Origin: Paramecium tetraurelia
Lineage: Eukaryota
Direction of reading: 5' to 3'
NCBI GenBank assembly: GCA_000165425.1
Contig: CT868669.1
Location: 1-64,000 of the forward strand
Length of the DNA stretch: 64,000 nt
The translations under genes were made by a program, and so were the position numbers. This document shows, in pieces, positions 1 through 12,100 of the stretch. Below the pieces are notes generated by a model. That model did not search any database, was not told the origin of the DNA, and saw only the letters and a list, made by a program, of their open reading frames with translations. Every line of letters starts with the position of its first letter. Within the stretch, counting starts at the first letter, position 1.

Positions 1-50
1 CTATTAATAATAAGTCAATTTTCATTCAAAATTATATTTAACATTTTTAG

Positions 51-222
51 CTAATTTTAATCGCATAATACTATGAATATGTCAAAATCCAATTTTGGAA
101 ACTTTAAAAGCTCTAATTTTTAAAGAAATATTTGTAATTTATTAAGATTATAATCTAAAACCCTTATTCAAATCCAAAGGATGTTTGTTATTAGAAACTA
201 TAAACATTTTAAACAAGATTGA
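51..222 (+). pseudogene. C-terminal remnant of a Paramecium WD40-repeat family gene (copy 1)
   Basis: After an acceptor-like ttttag it reads RIIL*ICQNPILETLKALIFKEIFVIYQDYNLKPLFKSKGCLLLE. It has an in-frame TGA where copy 2 has AGA. This matches the tail typical of the expanded Paramecium WD40 family. Confidence 0.55.
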
Positions 223-393
223 TTATTATGAAAAAGTACATAAATAAAAGTTATCATTTATATATTATAAAAATCTTTAATTAATAATTTTAATAACTTC
301 TTGGGGAGAAAGTTATTTCTAAATTTCTTGTGATAAGGGAATCTAAAAAATCTGTAACATGAGGTTAAAATTTTATTGTTAAAGGAATGGAGA

Positions 394-711
394 AGTTGGG
401 ATAACTCCAATAGTCTCTGGAATTTAAAAACTTCAAAGCAAATACTCTAATCAGATAATAGCTACAAAGATCTGCTTCTCCAGTTTAAAATACAACTTCA
501 GAATAGTTCCTTATTGCCAAATGGTATTTGTTATTAATTTTTATTTTGTTAATCCTTATCGTATAATACTTAGAATATGTTAGAATTCTTTGTTTGAAGC
601 TTCAGGAACACTTATCTTATAAGGACAATTCATAAATATCAAGGGTAAGATTTAAAACCTTTGTTTAAATCCAAAGGATGTTGCTTTTTAGAAGACTTAA
701 AGCAAAAGTGA
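394..711 (+). pseudogene. C-terminal remnant of a Paramecium WD40-repeat family gene (copy 2)
   Basis: Reads SWDNSNSLWNLKTSKQILQSDNSYKDLLLQFKIQLQNSSLLPN..ILRICQNSLFEASGTLILQGQFIN/QGQDLKPLFKSKGCCFLEDLKQK*. The intron acceptor near 548 is damaged and there is a 1-nt frameshift near 638. Confidence 0.65.
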
Positions 712-1949
712 ATTGAAATATTCATTAAGAACATTACAATTATAAATTTAATCAATTTCTTATTGCTTTTTTGAATAATATTATTTTTTAGTTTCAATTT
801 TACCATCTTATTTAAGTATTATTAAATTAAATTGTCAGTTTAGTACGTAGGGTATATTTATTGAGATGTCTTAATAAACTTTATCGATTCTAAATTATAG
901 TGCCTCACCATTTTCAGCATTAATGTATTATTTTTAAATGAGCTCACCAAATTAATTCAATTTTGAAAATTAAATACATTCTTTATGAGATTAAGAAATT
1001 GCCCATAATTAGTAATGTTATATTCAAATACAATAATGTATAATCTTAAAAATATGAAAATTTTTATTATCTAACAATGAATGAATTGGGCAATAAATTA
1101 GTAGTATAAACTGAGTACAAAAATTAAGTAATAATTATTAATGAGTGTATTTTCTCAAAAATGAAGTATTTTTTTAATGTTACAAAATGGCAATAAAAAT
1201 TATTAATAATCAAATCACATTATTTGTAAATATATACCTAGAGTTTTTTGTAAAATTTCTCCTCCTCTATTCTTCCTTTTTACTTACTGGGGCATAGGGT
1301 GTTTGCTACCCCCTATGTACCTCTGCTTCCTTTTTGTAAAGTATAATCATTTTTCTACCTTGTTTCACCTGCCCTATATAAGCATATACTAAATACGGCT
1401 CTAGGATTAATGTCTTTGATACCATAATAGAAGGATTAAATTATAAGCAAAGCAATAATAGTGACTTAGAAGATAATATAGGATGTAATTACTGAAGCAG
1501 CTAGACTTTCCCGACCAGATTTGAATGATTACGAGTTTGATTTTCAATTATGTGATAAATGATTTTTAATAATAATAACGCTTGAAGTTAATAATTTCAT
1601 ACACAGCCAATTAAACAGTGTGAGAGCAGCAATCTGATTTAGTGTGTTCAGGCAACCAACCTTTCACAAAATAAATATAGTGTGGATTATAAAATGCAAG
1701 TAAAAGGACTTTCGAATCGTCATAAAATCTCTAGATTTACATATGTTCTAAAAAACAATATTCACAAATTAAGCATGAAAATCAACAAAAATATTATTCA
1801 GGAAGTATATAAAAGAGGTTGCCTTTTAGTATAAGGGTCAGTGCGATAACGCATGATACATGCTTTTATCAATTTCAAAAGCCTAAATAATGTTTTAAAA
1901 GCATGATTTTCAAAGTATCTCATTAATCAAATTCAAATATTATTAAAAC

Positions 1950-4900
1950 ATAACATGATTAACCCACTTGTACATTTTGCTCAATTAAACAAGCTTCACA
2001 AGTCTTCTATTTCTGCTCATATTATTATGGTTTAAATAACAGATTTTCTCCTTCTACTTGTACTATTAGAAGATAAACATTTGTGCTACTTTATCTGGCA
2101 AAATCTTAATAATCACCAATAAAAATTATAATACATAAAATCGCAAATTTTCAATCCATTTAATTTTTTCAATTGCTTATTGGTCTCTGAATTATATTAA
2201 TAGCTTTAAAAATAAATTCACAAATATATTAAGCACTTAGTACATTAGGTATGCATTAGTCAACACTGATAATACCAATAGCTACAAAACTCGATTAAAT
2301 TCATAGCTTCAATCACAAGCAGAGAATTTCGAATTTAAAGCATTTAATCAAGACTTTTACAATATCAAATCGACTTGCACATTTTCTGCCAGTATTAAAA
2401 TTGGAATAATAACAAATCTTAACATATATTTTTAATAATGGAATTTTGAATAAATTCTGCCGATGGTGATGGTGTCCAAGTAATATTAAATTATTAAACT
2501 ATATAATAAAAATAAGAACTTGATAATAATAGGTATTAATAGAAAAAACAGTTTTTAAATTTTCATATCTCATAACAACACAACTATAGTGGTATCTTCT
2601 CTAAATAAGCGTAGTTGTAGGTCTAGCATCCTTTTGAAAAGACCAAGAACTGTCCTTGAGGGTTTTAAAACTTAAACATCAGAAATTAAATTAAGCGAAT
2701 TAGTAATGTCTATAATAAATTGTACTATTTAAAAAAAAAGGAAATTGTATCTCAAAATGCATAACAAGAAACGAAATGTGTTTGATACTAATATTTGTTT
2801 ATATTAATAATTTTTTTGATTTATTTTAATATAAACAAGTTAGGCTGTCTCTGAATATAATTACTTGCAGCTATTATATAAGGTTAGCTCTAATTACCTA
2901 CAAATAACAGAATGAAAGAAAGCTGGACATATAGTATAAGGCAATGCTAATATTATAATTACTACAATAGGGAGATTGTTTGAACAAACACTATAAAGTT
3001 AGATAAATTAATCACAATAACGTCTATTAAATTTTTCAAACTTTATGTAAGTTGTGCAGGTAATTTAGACTATAATTTATTATAAGAGAATGGACATTCT
3101 AGGCTTGCACTATTTCAACTGGTATTTTGAGAAGGTTTTATAATCACAACTATAGAACACTTTATATTTAGTAGGTAATTTTTGTAGTACTATAGGATTT
3201 TATCGATAATAAAACTTTTGAATTTACTTGTTTTCTAGGCACACCCTTTTATGCATATTGATTCCTTTGTTATAAAAATAAACATAAACCACACTGAATT
3301 CGAGCAAGACATGTAAGTAGTCTTAATTTATGAACCAGCAAAATAGTGTTGGAAATATGCTCATAAACCTTTAAAACAACAAAGAGTATATGAGCTAAAT
3401 AATAAATAATTGACGTGAATAATAGGATAAATTGTATTCGTCAATCATTTGAACTCATAAACAACTAAGGCTCCTTATAATCAAATCCTAGAAAAGATGA
3501 AGATCATTTATCGGTTGTAGTCTTAGTATATGCCTTACAATTGAATTGCAAGGTTGCTGGCCTCCAATTAAGTGAATGGTTGATTTCCAGTGAACTTCTT
3601 AAAAGAAGAGATTTCAAGTCTTACTTTTGCAAATCTAAACCACAGCTTCAGACAACTACATCCTTTATCAAACGATTGCTTAATACATTCTTGTACTTCT
3701 TGCTTAAATTGCACAGCTCTTAATCATTGTTATTCTTGTGAAATACTTAGTATCATTGTCAAGAAATAGACAATAGTATTTTTTAATGACACAGATATAA
3801 AATAATCTGTTTTTAAATCAGGTTTTAGTTGCAATAAAGTTTGTAAATAATTACATAAGGGTATCTTGTAGAGTTAATCCTTAATCTGTTCTCTGAGACT
3901 TTGGTATTAGTCCTTTTAATAGATCATCTACTGTTAATTGGCAAGTTATTGATGCATATTTGACACAGAAGAACTTAAATGCTTTTCTTTATTTTTTGAA
4001 TGTCTTTGATGCTCAACCTCATCCTCTTATACGGTACCTGTACTTAATGTACAAAGAAATATTTTTATGCCAATCCTGTATTAGAAGTTAAAAACATATT
4101 TCAAATCAAGATAAATATTTCGTGTGAAAATTTAGAATGCATTAAAAATATATACACTTTATTTGTTACAAAGCTAGTGTGTAGCAATCTTATTTACATT
4201 TTGCTCAGATAAATGAGCAGCTTGTGCATCTCAAGTTGTAAGTGCAATTTTTATAACTGGGAAAATAATGGCATATGATAAAATTTTATTATATGGCGAT
4301 TATGTAAAAATTCACATATGCGCTACTTAATTTAGTAACTGTGTTGCAAATCTTATCTAACTGATTCCATCAAATGAGAATCTTGCCTAAGCGGCTACTT
4401 TTGACCAACTTCTGAAATCAGGAATTTTAATTCACAGCTTAGCAATCATGTATATAAACTTAACAAGTAGCCATATAGAATAATTATTAAATTGCGGAGC
4501 ATAAGCATTAAAATATTATCTTGCATATAAAATTGAGAGATAAAAGTATGAAAATTGTTAACCCAGTAGGTAGCACAAAGTAATCGATGTTCCGAACCGA
4601 AGTGCTAATTAATAAATTAGTCTGAAATTTTGTTTCAGGAAACTTCATAGCAGGCTTAACATTAATTATAAATTTGTAAAACAAGCAAGCCTTACAGTAA
4701 TCAGTAAATTCAACTGCTTAATTTCAAACGTTGCAAGTTGTTTCTAGTCGTTGCAATTTATTTAGAAATATTAGTTGAATCAGAATACTATCCAGATAAC
4801 CATCCTAAAAGTGAATTCTTTATACTCTATAGATAGAAGTCTTAAGCATGCATTACAATAGCCATGGTATTAACTAATAAGAAATTTCATAAATTTAATG

Positions 4901-4980
4901 GGTTGACAACATCTTTATAAAAATGAGTAACATGAATCCATAGAACTATCAAGATACTTTTTTGTTACTTTATAATATAT
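1950..4980 (-). pseudogene. Heavily decayed Cys-rich surface-protein-like gene
   Basis: The minus strand has frequent TGT/TGC-containing patches in shifting frames with many TGA codons. I could not recover a long frame. Boundaries are approximate. Confidence 0.35.
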
Positions 4981-5299
4981 CTTCCAAAAATTAATAAATA
5001 AGTATATTTAAAATAATCAAATAAAGAATTGAAAGTTTAGCTCCCCCAATTATAAATATGAATTTTAATTCGTTCATCTTCTCTATATCTACTCAATATC
5101 AAACTTAATTATTCAAATTCTCAAATCGCTTCTTCATATATCTATACATCATTTTAAATCCAATTTCTCAATCTCTCAATCTCATTTACACAAAATCCAG
5201 ATTCCAATTCCATTAAAATGTTTATTTGCATATTGAATTAACTTTAACTGACAATTCTAACAAGTCTTTTCATTTCAATATCTAAAATCTTTCGATAGT

Positions 5300-8200
5300 G
5301 AAATTTTAAATACATCAAAATAAATGTATCTAATTCTTGTAAGCTGCTACCTTATTACAATGTAAGTATTGATATCGAATGAAAAAGGTTAGACTATTCC
5401 TATTTTTATTTATTTTAAAAATCTTAAGAAAGATAATTGGCCAACTAAGGAGCATTATTACATCATTATGATTATTGCACTCAGTCTTGGTATTTATCTT
5501 CTATTTAAGGATCAAATTAAGGCGGTAGTGGAACAAACTATAGCAATCATAAGATAATGATGTTCCTCTACATTCATTAATGATATTAGGATTCTAATAC
5601 CACAATTTATAAGTTTTATTCTTTGGAGATTGTTGGTTAGAATTGTTAGATTGAAATTGATTATAAGTTTTAAGGGAAAGGTTATAGTTATTGCGATAAT
5701 AGATAGACTAAATCTCTTAATATATTTTTCAAATTCTTAAATCAAGCCTATTATCTTGAGATTTCAGTTTTTTTAGGATAGCAATTATTTGAGATCACTT
5801 TTCAATATTTGTATTAACAAATTAACCAAATTCTAATCCAGTATTTATAAACTGAACTCATAATTAACGAATGAAAGTCAAGCCTAGTTTATAATATTCG
5901 TTAAAAATGAATCTATTGACTCAGAAATATGGAAATGCTCAATCCAACTAAAGAAAAGTATGAATAAAGTATGAATAAAGTATATTCTAGATTGAGTGAG
6001 TCTGATATAAAAACGACTCAATTAGGAAACTATGATTATGGAATAAGGGGTAGTCAGAGTAATATTTTAATAAAAAGTTATTATTCCTTTTATAATAATT
6101 TCCTTATTAATATAAAGTGGAGCAAAAAAAATACTTGAACACCTTGTTTGGGTGAATATTATTGATTGCTCAACATTTGTCTAACTTTAAATTTTTATCC
6201 AATAAGACAAATTAGTTCGATGGGTATCGCAACCTCAAATTAAATTTCTTCTATTACTGGTGCTACTTCTACAGCTTTTATAACTCAAAAGTTGCTTACC
6301 TTCTGAGTGATGATGATGGATTCATTTCAATGGATGTTATACATTATGAGGTTGTCAAATTAATACTATATTTAACTCTAGTAGTTTAATACCAGTTTTG
6401 AGTATATGATTTATATTATGTACTTATTTAATTTAAATTAAAGGCTTTCAATAAACTAAATTGAAATGAAAGCTTAAACTAGTTTAAAATGTTAGTTGTA
6501 TATGTTTCTCAATTAAAATCATTTTCAATTTAAGCTTATTTAATTATTGTTATAATTTTATTAATTTTATAAAATAAAAGATACTATCATAATCTATTTC
6601 ACTCAAACTAAATTTGACAGTTTAATTTTAAATCTGATTTTAAATTTAGAGATTATTATTTGCTATCCTCTGAAAAGTTCTCTTATTTCCATCTTTAAGT
6701 TTGATACTCAACTACAACCACTTCTTAGTTCAATCTAAATAGGAAAAACTAAAATTCATAGGTCAGAATATTAGCAAATTAAAGTAGCTTATATAATCTT
6801 TTAAGAGATACTTGTACAAACAGAAGCAGAATATTCACCAATGGAATGGCAAATTATTATTATCAAATTTAATTTCATCGTTGAAGAATGCAAACTTAGT
6901 AAAATCGTTTAACATTAAGATTCATCACTTTAATACTCTGGCAACAAAGTATTTTTGATAAATCTAATTTGCAAAGTTGAGGAAGTTTATATACCAATAT
7001 ACATATGATAGGTATATCCAACTGTGGAATCCATCATCACAAGGTGAGGTACGGTGAGCTCCAATAATAATATACACAGGGTAAGGATTAGAATAGATTG
7101 CTTAGTACCACTTCTAAATTACATATGACATTTTCAAAAGTTAAAGATGTAAGGCAAGGAGTTGAGCATACAACCATCTCAAGACTTGAGGGAGTATCAA
7201 ACTGCACAACCTGAAAAATTGTTTTGATCATCTCACATACCACATTATGACAATCACAAATAGCACTGGATCCGCTCTTCTATTTATAAACACCAAGAAC
7301 ATTATGCAGCATTAATTTGGAGGAAGCTAACCTATTATGCAACGATCAAAATGAGTATTTGCGACAGGTTCATATGCAACAGTTGAATACTAATCATGAA
7401 ATGTGTTAAATTTTATAACTTTAATGTACAGAAATCAGAATTTGACAGTTGTTCATTCGGTTTATATTATTCTAATATTTTAACAAATGGCTTTGCAATT
7501 TAAGTTGAGTACCATTCTCCATAGTGAAATGCTGCTACATTCATCAGCTACGATAGCATAAGAAGATAACAGAATCAAAATAACTAACCAAGAAATATCT
7601 TCTTTTATTAGAATAAAAATTATACTTGCACAAGCTGCAAATATACTTGAGAAAAGCAGGTAATATCCTAATAATTTAAAAATGATCAAGTATCATAATC
7701 TTTTAAATGAGTTGCAGTAGTATAAGAATTGGAATATAAATGCTTGAAATGGCATTTTCAAAATAATAATTTAAATAGTTAGAAACACACACAAGCATTA
7801 TGATATTCAGTATCATAAAATAATGAATTTCTAAAAAACTCCTAATATGCACTTTATGTGCATTACAATTATTATAAAAGTTGTAAGTTTATACAATAAA
7901 GGCTTTTTATCAACATAATAATAAATATGAAGATGAAATTTAGCACTGTATTAATTTCATCACCAAAAATTTCCTGCCTGGCTCAATGAATAAACATTAG
8001 CATAAAACTATAATTGAGTTGTACCAGCTTTACTCACAAATAGGGAAGGCAAAAAATCAACATATCTCTTCAATCGTAGCAAATTTAACACAAATAGAGC
8101 AAGAAAATAAACAATATGCTCCAAAAGAACTATCATCACATGGTGATCAAGTCATTTCATTTCTGGTATATTTATTTAAGTAGCAGGAGAGGCAACATCA

Positions 8201-8660
8201 TCAAATCGTGGTCTGCTTTCCCATAATGCTTGAAGTATTTAAACACTGGTTTGAATTTTATTAGTGATTTATAATTAATATAAGATACTTTAGATTATCT
8301 CAAGATTCAATAAATATAAAGGTGTTACTAATAGATTAACAAAAAGTATAGCCACTATCTGCAAGGTTGGTTGCTGAATTGCACAAAGTATGATATTTAA
8401 CACATTAATTGTGAACTTAGCATCTAAGTAGTCAACATGTCGGTATTTTTGACAGGAGTTCTTGGATAGATGCTCAGATATTTATAAATAGGTAACCATT
8501 AGGAGAGTGATCCATAGATTTGGAAACTCAATTATCAAATTTAGTGTATCATCGAAGAAATCATATAGAAAAAAATATGCAGCTACTGCATAAAGAATCC
8601 ATCTCATTTGAGCATGCTATACATATAATTATACATTAGTGTTTCCATTTGATGGAATCC
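5300..8660 (-). pseudogene. Decayed Cys-rich (furin-like/CDDG) plus transmembrane protein gene
   Basis: Minus-strand fragments such as CIIICIACSNEMDSLCSSC (about 8640-8580) and SPCDDGF (about 7050-7030) are followed by hydrophobic segments at about 6250-5300. Many TGA codons and frameshifts. Boundaries are approximate. Confidence 0.4.
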
Positions 8661-8701
8661 ATCAACATTAATAATTAAAAAAAACTTTGTTTTGGTTCAT
8701 C

Positions 8702-8761
8702 AATCTCATCACCAATTTCATCACCAATTTCATCACCAATTTCATCTCCTATTTCATCGCC
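8702..8761. repeat. 12-bp minisatellite, 5 units (aatttcatcacc)
   Basis: Units are aatctcatcacc, aatttcatcacc x2, aatttcatctcc and tatttcatcgcc. They translate as (GDEI)5 on the minus strand or (ISSP)5 on the plus strand. Confidence 0.95.
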
Positions 8762-9156
8762 AAATAGGGTTTCCAAAATAGGGGTTCTTCAAATTTGTAA
8801 ATTTTAGGCCCAGACCATACTGTTACATCCTATAGAAACAGTCATCCAAACCCTCATAATTAAACCCCAAAAAAATCGTTTAACGTTAAGTAGATGTGTT
8901 TATAAACAAAAAATTTTTTAAATATAGTTAGCACCACCCTTTAATAATTAATTATTACAAAAAATATTTAAAATCGTTTTTAAAGTAATTGCAGAAAGTT
9001 CTTCTATCTCTTTTTGATGAAACAAGATGCTTTGATAATTAGCCATGCAATTTACAACTTCCTCTAAATTTAAAATATTAACACGTTTTAAGATTATTGA
9101 TGTTACAAGGTTGAGTAGTTAACCTAAAAATAAATTAAAAGTCTTTAATATTAATT

Positions 9157-12100
9157 ATGATTAGTCAGGATATTCTGTTTTTTTTATTGATACTCTAACT
9201 TGCTGATGGATTTAGGAATATTGCTGATTATAATGATAGGATTGGTTACTAGTTTTAATGTAATGGAGGACATCGTCATGCACCTGGAATGCATCCTCAT
9301 CCTTGTGTTTGTAATTTAAAAATTTGGATTTAGACTATTCTAATGTTTGTGAAACCGTTACAGAAGTGCAAATGATCGAATATGGTGGAAGAGAATATCT
9401 ACGCAAACACATCCCTATGTAGCTGGTGCAATTATGATATTCTGTACGGACAAAACTTTAATTTATGAATATGAAGAGAATACCGATTTAGTCCTTTCAT
9501 GTTAATTTGTCTCTAACGAGTGCTTAATAGCTTAAAAGTCTGGAGACATTATTAAATGCTAATATTGTGAAGGTGAAGAATGTTCGTAATCATTTAGTAC
9601 TTTAAATCATTATTTAGGTTGTGGAAAGAATTGTGCGAGTTGCGGATCAAGTTTTTGTGCAACATGTAAGGAAGGGTTTTCTTCCTCTAATAGTACAGAT
9701 TTAAGTTGTAGTTTAGGTAAATGTATTTTAGATATACTAGCCTGCTAAGCAACACATTTGAGTTGTTCAAATGATAATGGTGTATACTCATTTTAAGGGT
9801 GCAGAAAAGGTTATGAACTGGTTGACAATTAATGCGTTGGTATAAAAAATCTCAAATATTGAAGCATGTTCGTTTAAATGTGCTTAATGTGTTACTGGCG
9901 TTTGTACTGCATGCCAGTTTCAGTATTTTTTAAAAGACGGTTAATGCTTTGGAGATATAAATTGCACTAGATTTGATTATAATTATGATCCCAATACTGG
10001 ATTAGCTGTTGGAATAACTTGCTAAGTATGCGACTTCGGATATTTTTATAATCCAAGTCAACAAAAATGCACTCGTAATATATAATTTAATGATTTTAAG
10101 TCTGTAAATTACAGCCTGGTTTGGAAAGATGTCTTATTTGTTTTAATGCTACAGAATGCAAGATTTGTGTGGGAATATCCGTATTAACTGCTGATAAGAA
10201 ATGCACGACATCTCTATTGTCTAGTTGCTCTTCAAACTGTTAAACCTGCCTTTATAGTGATCCTAGTTACTGTACAACATGCTATTTGTAAGAAAAATTT
10301 CAGACTTCAAAAGTTACCCCTGGAAAATGTGTTTGTGATTAACAAAGAGGCTACTTCGATAAGGATGGTGAATGCGCATTTTGTAAAAGTGGGTAATGCG
10401 ATACTTGCGGTAAAGATTATTATGAATGCCTATCTTGTAAGACGATAACAAATAGAATCCTATTGAATGCTCAATGCATTTGTAAACAAGGATATTATGA
10501 GACTGGTTTGGGAAATTACATATGTTAAAGTATGTTTAAATCTAAATTAGAATGCTATGCCAATTGCTATAATTGTAAAGGACCTTATAATAATGATTGT
10601 ACAGAATGTGGAGATCCTAGTATCTATTTTAAATTCTTTGATAATGGGTCATGTTTTTGTGAAGAAGGAAAATAGTTGAAAATTCTATCTGATGGAAATA
10701 GCATTTGCATATGTAATGATATTAATATCAAATCAGCTTGTCATCCTAGATGCTAAAAATGTTCTTAGCCATATGATGCTTCAACAAATCAATATTGTAC
10801 TATGTGCATCCCGAGCCAAAATAGAGTATTATCTATAGATTACAAATGTGTTTGTTCAGATGGATATGGAAGTGATGGAATCTAAGATATTTGCATTAGT
10901 ACCTAATTTGAAAGTTAAAAATAGAGTGCCACTATACATGTAAGAGTTGTAAAGGACCTCTTGAAATTGATTGTCTAAACTGTTCCTCCGTTGCCCATAG
11001 ATATTTGACAAACGACAATAAATGTGCTTGCACCTAAGCCTATTATGATCCTGGTTTCTAGGATCCATTTTGTTATTGTAATCTGTATTTTTCTATATTA
11101 GTATCTTGTCATCATTCTTGTTCTAATTGCAATGTTTAAGGTTAAGATAAATGCACTTCATGTCCTCCTACAAGGTAAGCTGATTAAGTTGGAACTACCT
11201 TCTAATGTCTTTGCAAAGATCCACATTATTATAGTGATCAAACCCTATTAGAATGTTAACCATGCCATCTAACATGCAAAACTTGTAATGGCAGTTATGA
11301 AACAAATTGTCTATCTTGCGATACTACTACTAATAGGGAATTGGTTATTTCGAAATGTGATTGCTAACCTGGGTTTTACAGCACAGGCAGTCTTTAGTGT
11401 TCGTGTAATTATTAATACTTACTTTTAGAGTGTCATTATACCTGTTTAACATGTTTTTCTTTGGATGAAGATAGTTGTATCACTTGCTCTTCAGAAAAAA
11501 ATAGAGTTATGAAAGCAAACAAATGTATCTGCATGAATAATACAATGTAATAATAAAATGCAGACTCAATGTGTTAAAGTCAAATTTCCATCTTAACTTA
11601 GATTGTTCATATCGTTGTTCCTCTTGTTCTGTGAAGCCTGAAAATTGCACAACATGTCCTGATTTATCGGAACGTACCTTAGGGACTGATAATTCATGTT
11701 AATGTCCAGCTTATTATTATGATTAACCTGGCAATCCCATTTGCATAAGTATATTTTACATTATATTTTAGAGTGTCATAGTACTTGTTAAACCTGTCAA
11801 GGGTCATAAAGTAATTAATGTACATCTTGTGCTTCCTCTAAGCAAAATGAAATTAAACTCCAATGGTGAATGCGAATGCCCAAAATCATACTTTGATATA
11901 GGATTACAAGAATGCTAAAGTATATACTAATCAATATAGTAATAGTTTGTAGCAGTAGTTGCTTAGAATGCACTACTACTTCTACAAATTGTACATCTTG
12001 TAATTCAGATAGATATTAACTTCGGAAACAGTTGTTTATGCAAAACAAAACTTTAAGGCAACTACCTAACTACATATTTAGAGCCAATAACAAAACCGTT

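Noticed and set aside
5955..5984. 11-bp direct repeat aaagtatgaat
   Set aside because: Simple slippage duplication in decayed sequence; it has no spacers, so it is not CRISPR-like.
8765..8875. gggttt, ggggtt and aaaccc(c) hexamers resembling Paramecium telomeric repeats
   Set aside because: They are isolated and in mixed orientation, not a tandem array.
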